64,000 nt of DNA from Mustelus asterias (lineage: Eukaryota). The stretch lies in contig NW_027590385.1 in assembly GCF_964213995.1 (NCBI RefSeq), positions 62,001 through 126,000 of the forward strand, read 5' to 3'. This document shows positions 62,580-64,000 of the stretch, piece after piece. Position 1 is the first letter of the stretch, and each line of letters opens with the position of its first letter. The translations under genes were made by a program, and so were the position numbers. Under the pieces are notes generated by a model that saw only the letters and a program-made list of their open reading frames with translations, was not told the origin of the DNA and did no database searches.

Positions 62580-64000
62580 CAAAGAGAGAGAGAGAGAAAC
62601 AGAGTTAAAGCAACAACAGAAAGGGAAAGGGAGAAGGAGTAACAGAAAGAGGAACACAAAGGGAAACAGACAGGAGAGATGAAAAAGCAGCGACAAAGAT
62701 TGAGAAACAGAAATAGAGATAGAAAGAAACAAAATGGCAGAGAAACTCGTCGAGAGAAACAAATTAATACAGAAAGGCAAGCAGAGAGACGTGGGCAGAC
62801 AGAAGCAGAGGCCAAAAGAGAGAGACAGCTACAGAGAGAGAGAGAGAGACAAACAGGGAAACAGACGTGGGGGCCAGCAAAGGGAGAAAGAAACAGAGAG
62901 AGAGGGAGAAAGAAACAGAGATAGATAGAGAAAAACACACAAACACAGAGAAACAGAGAGAAAGGCAGAAAGAGAGAGAGAGAAAGAGAGAGGGAGAGCA
63001 ACGGAGACAGATAGAAGGAAACTGAGAGAGAGTGAAACAGCGGAAGAGAGAGAGGCAGGGAGAAAGAGACAGAGAGAGAGCGATGCAGGGAGAGGGGGGG
63101 GGGACGCAGGGAGAGAGAGAGAGGCAGAGAGAGAGAGAGACAGAGGGAGTGAAGCGGGGGTGGGGGGGGGGGTGAGAGGATAGAGAGAGAAGCAGGGAGA
63201 GAGAGAGAGCAAGGCAGGGAGAGAGAGAGACAGGCAGGTAGAGAGTGAGAGAGAGGGAGAGGCAGGTAGAGAGAGAGGGAAAGGCAGGGAGAGACAGATA
63301 GAGAGGCAGGGTGAGAGGGAGAAGCAGGCAGAGAGAGAGAGAGAGGCAGGGAGAGAGAGGAAGAGAGGCAGAGAGAGGGAGAGAGAGAGGCAGGTAGAGA
63401 GACAGAAAGGCAGGGAGAGAGGCAGGGAGAGAGGCAGGGGGAGAGAGAGGCGGGAAGTGAGATAGAGAGAGAGGCAGGGAGAACGAGAGAGGCAGGGAAA
63501 GAGAGAGAGAGAGTGGGACAGGGAGAGCGAGAGAGGGGGGCAGCGAGAGAGGGGGGCAGCGAGGGAGAGAGACAGGGAGAGAGAGGGGGGAGCAGGGAGG
63601 GAGAGAGAGAGACGGAAAGAGGCGGGGAGAGAGAAAAGCAGGGATAGCGAGAGAGGCAGGGAGTGAGAGAAAGACAAGGAGAGAGACAGAGGGAGACAGA
63701 TAGAGAGAGAGACAGGGAGAGGGAAAGAGAGGCAGGGAGAGAGAGAGAGAGAGGCAGGCAGAGAGAGAGAGAGGCAGGCAGAAAGAGAGAGGGGGAGGGT
63801 GAGAGAGGGAGGGGGTCAGGGAGAGAGAGAGAGAGAGAGGGAGAAGCAGGGAGAGAGAGAGAGAGAGAGAGAGGCAGGGAGAGAGAGAGGCGGGGAGACA
63901 GGGAAAGGCAGGGAGAGAGAGAGAGAGAAAGAAAGAGAGGCAGGGAGAGAGGGAGAGACAGAGGAAAGAGATAAGCAGGGAAAGAGAGAAGGAGAGAGGG
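62580..64000. repeat. (GA)-rich low-complexity tract
   Basis: Directly visible. Confidence 0.95.

Noticed and set aside
59851-64000. Long ORFs rich in P/S/L/H or R/E
   Set aside because: Products of low-complexity C/T and GA tracts; only 62332-62569 is unique sequence.

Overview
Cartilaginous-fish (shark) genomic DNA, judged from HE1-type SINEs, CR1/HER1-type LINEs, Penelope-like elements and ~70-bp minisatellites; the species cannot be determined here. Bases 1-32.5 kb are part of a T-cell receptor alpha/delta V-segment array. I find five apparently intact leader+V+RSS genes and about nine pseudogenes or relics, in both orientations, from several V families. No D, J or C segments are present. 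One near-intact and three decayed tRNA genes and several CTCF-like motifs lie among the V segments. From 44.5 to 62.6 kb on the minus strand, five splice-compatible exons rebuild a type I membrane receptor: signal peptide plus Ser/Pro-rich segment, one SLAM/CD2-like C2 Ig domain, TM, basic juxtamembrane mini-exon, and a long tail with a consensus ITAM plus further Tyr motifs. Its ATG exon was not found. Other notable points are a V family whose RSS spacer is consistently 24 bp, a Tx1-like insertion splitting a V promoter from its leader, minimal hammerhead ribozymes in Penelope termini, and an intron-containing tRNA-Pro relic. All calls are from manual reading; no searches were run.
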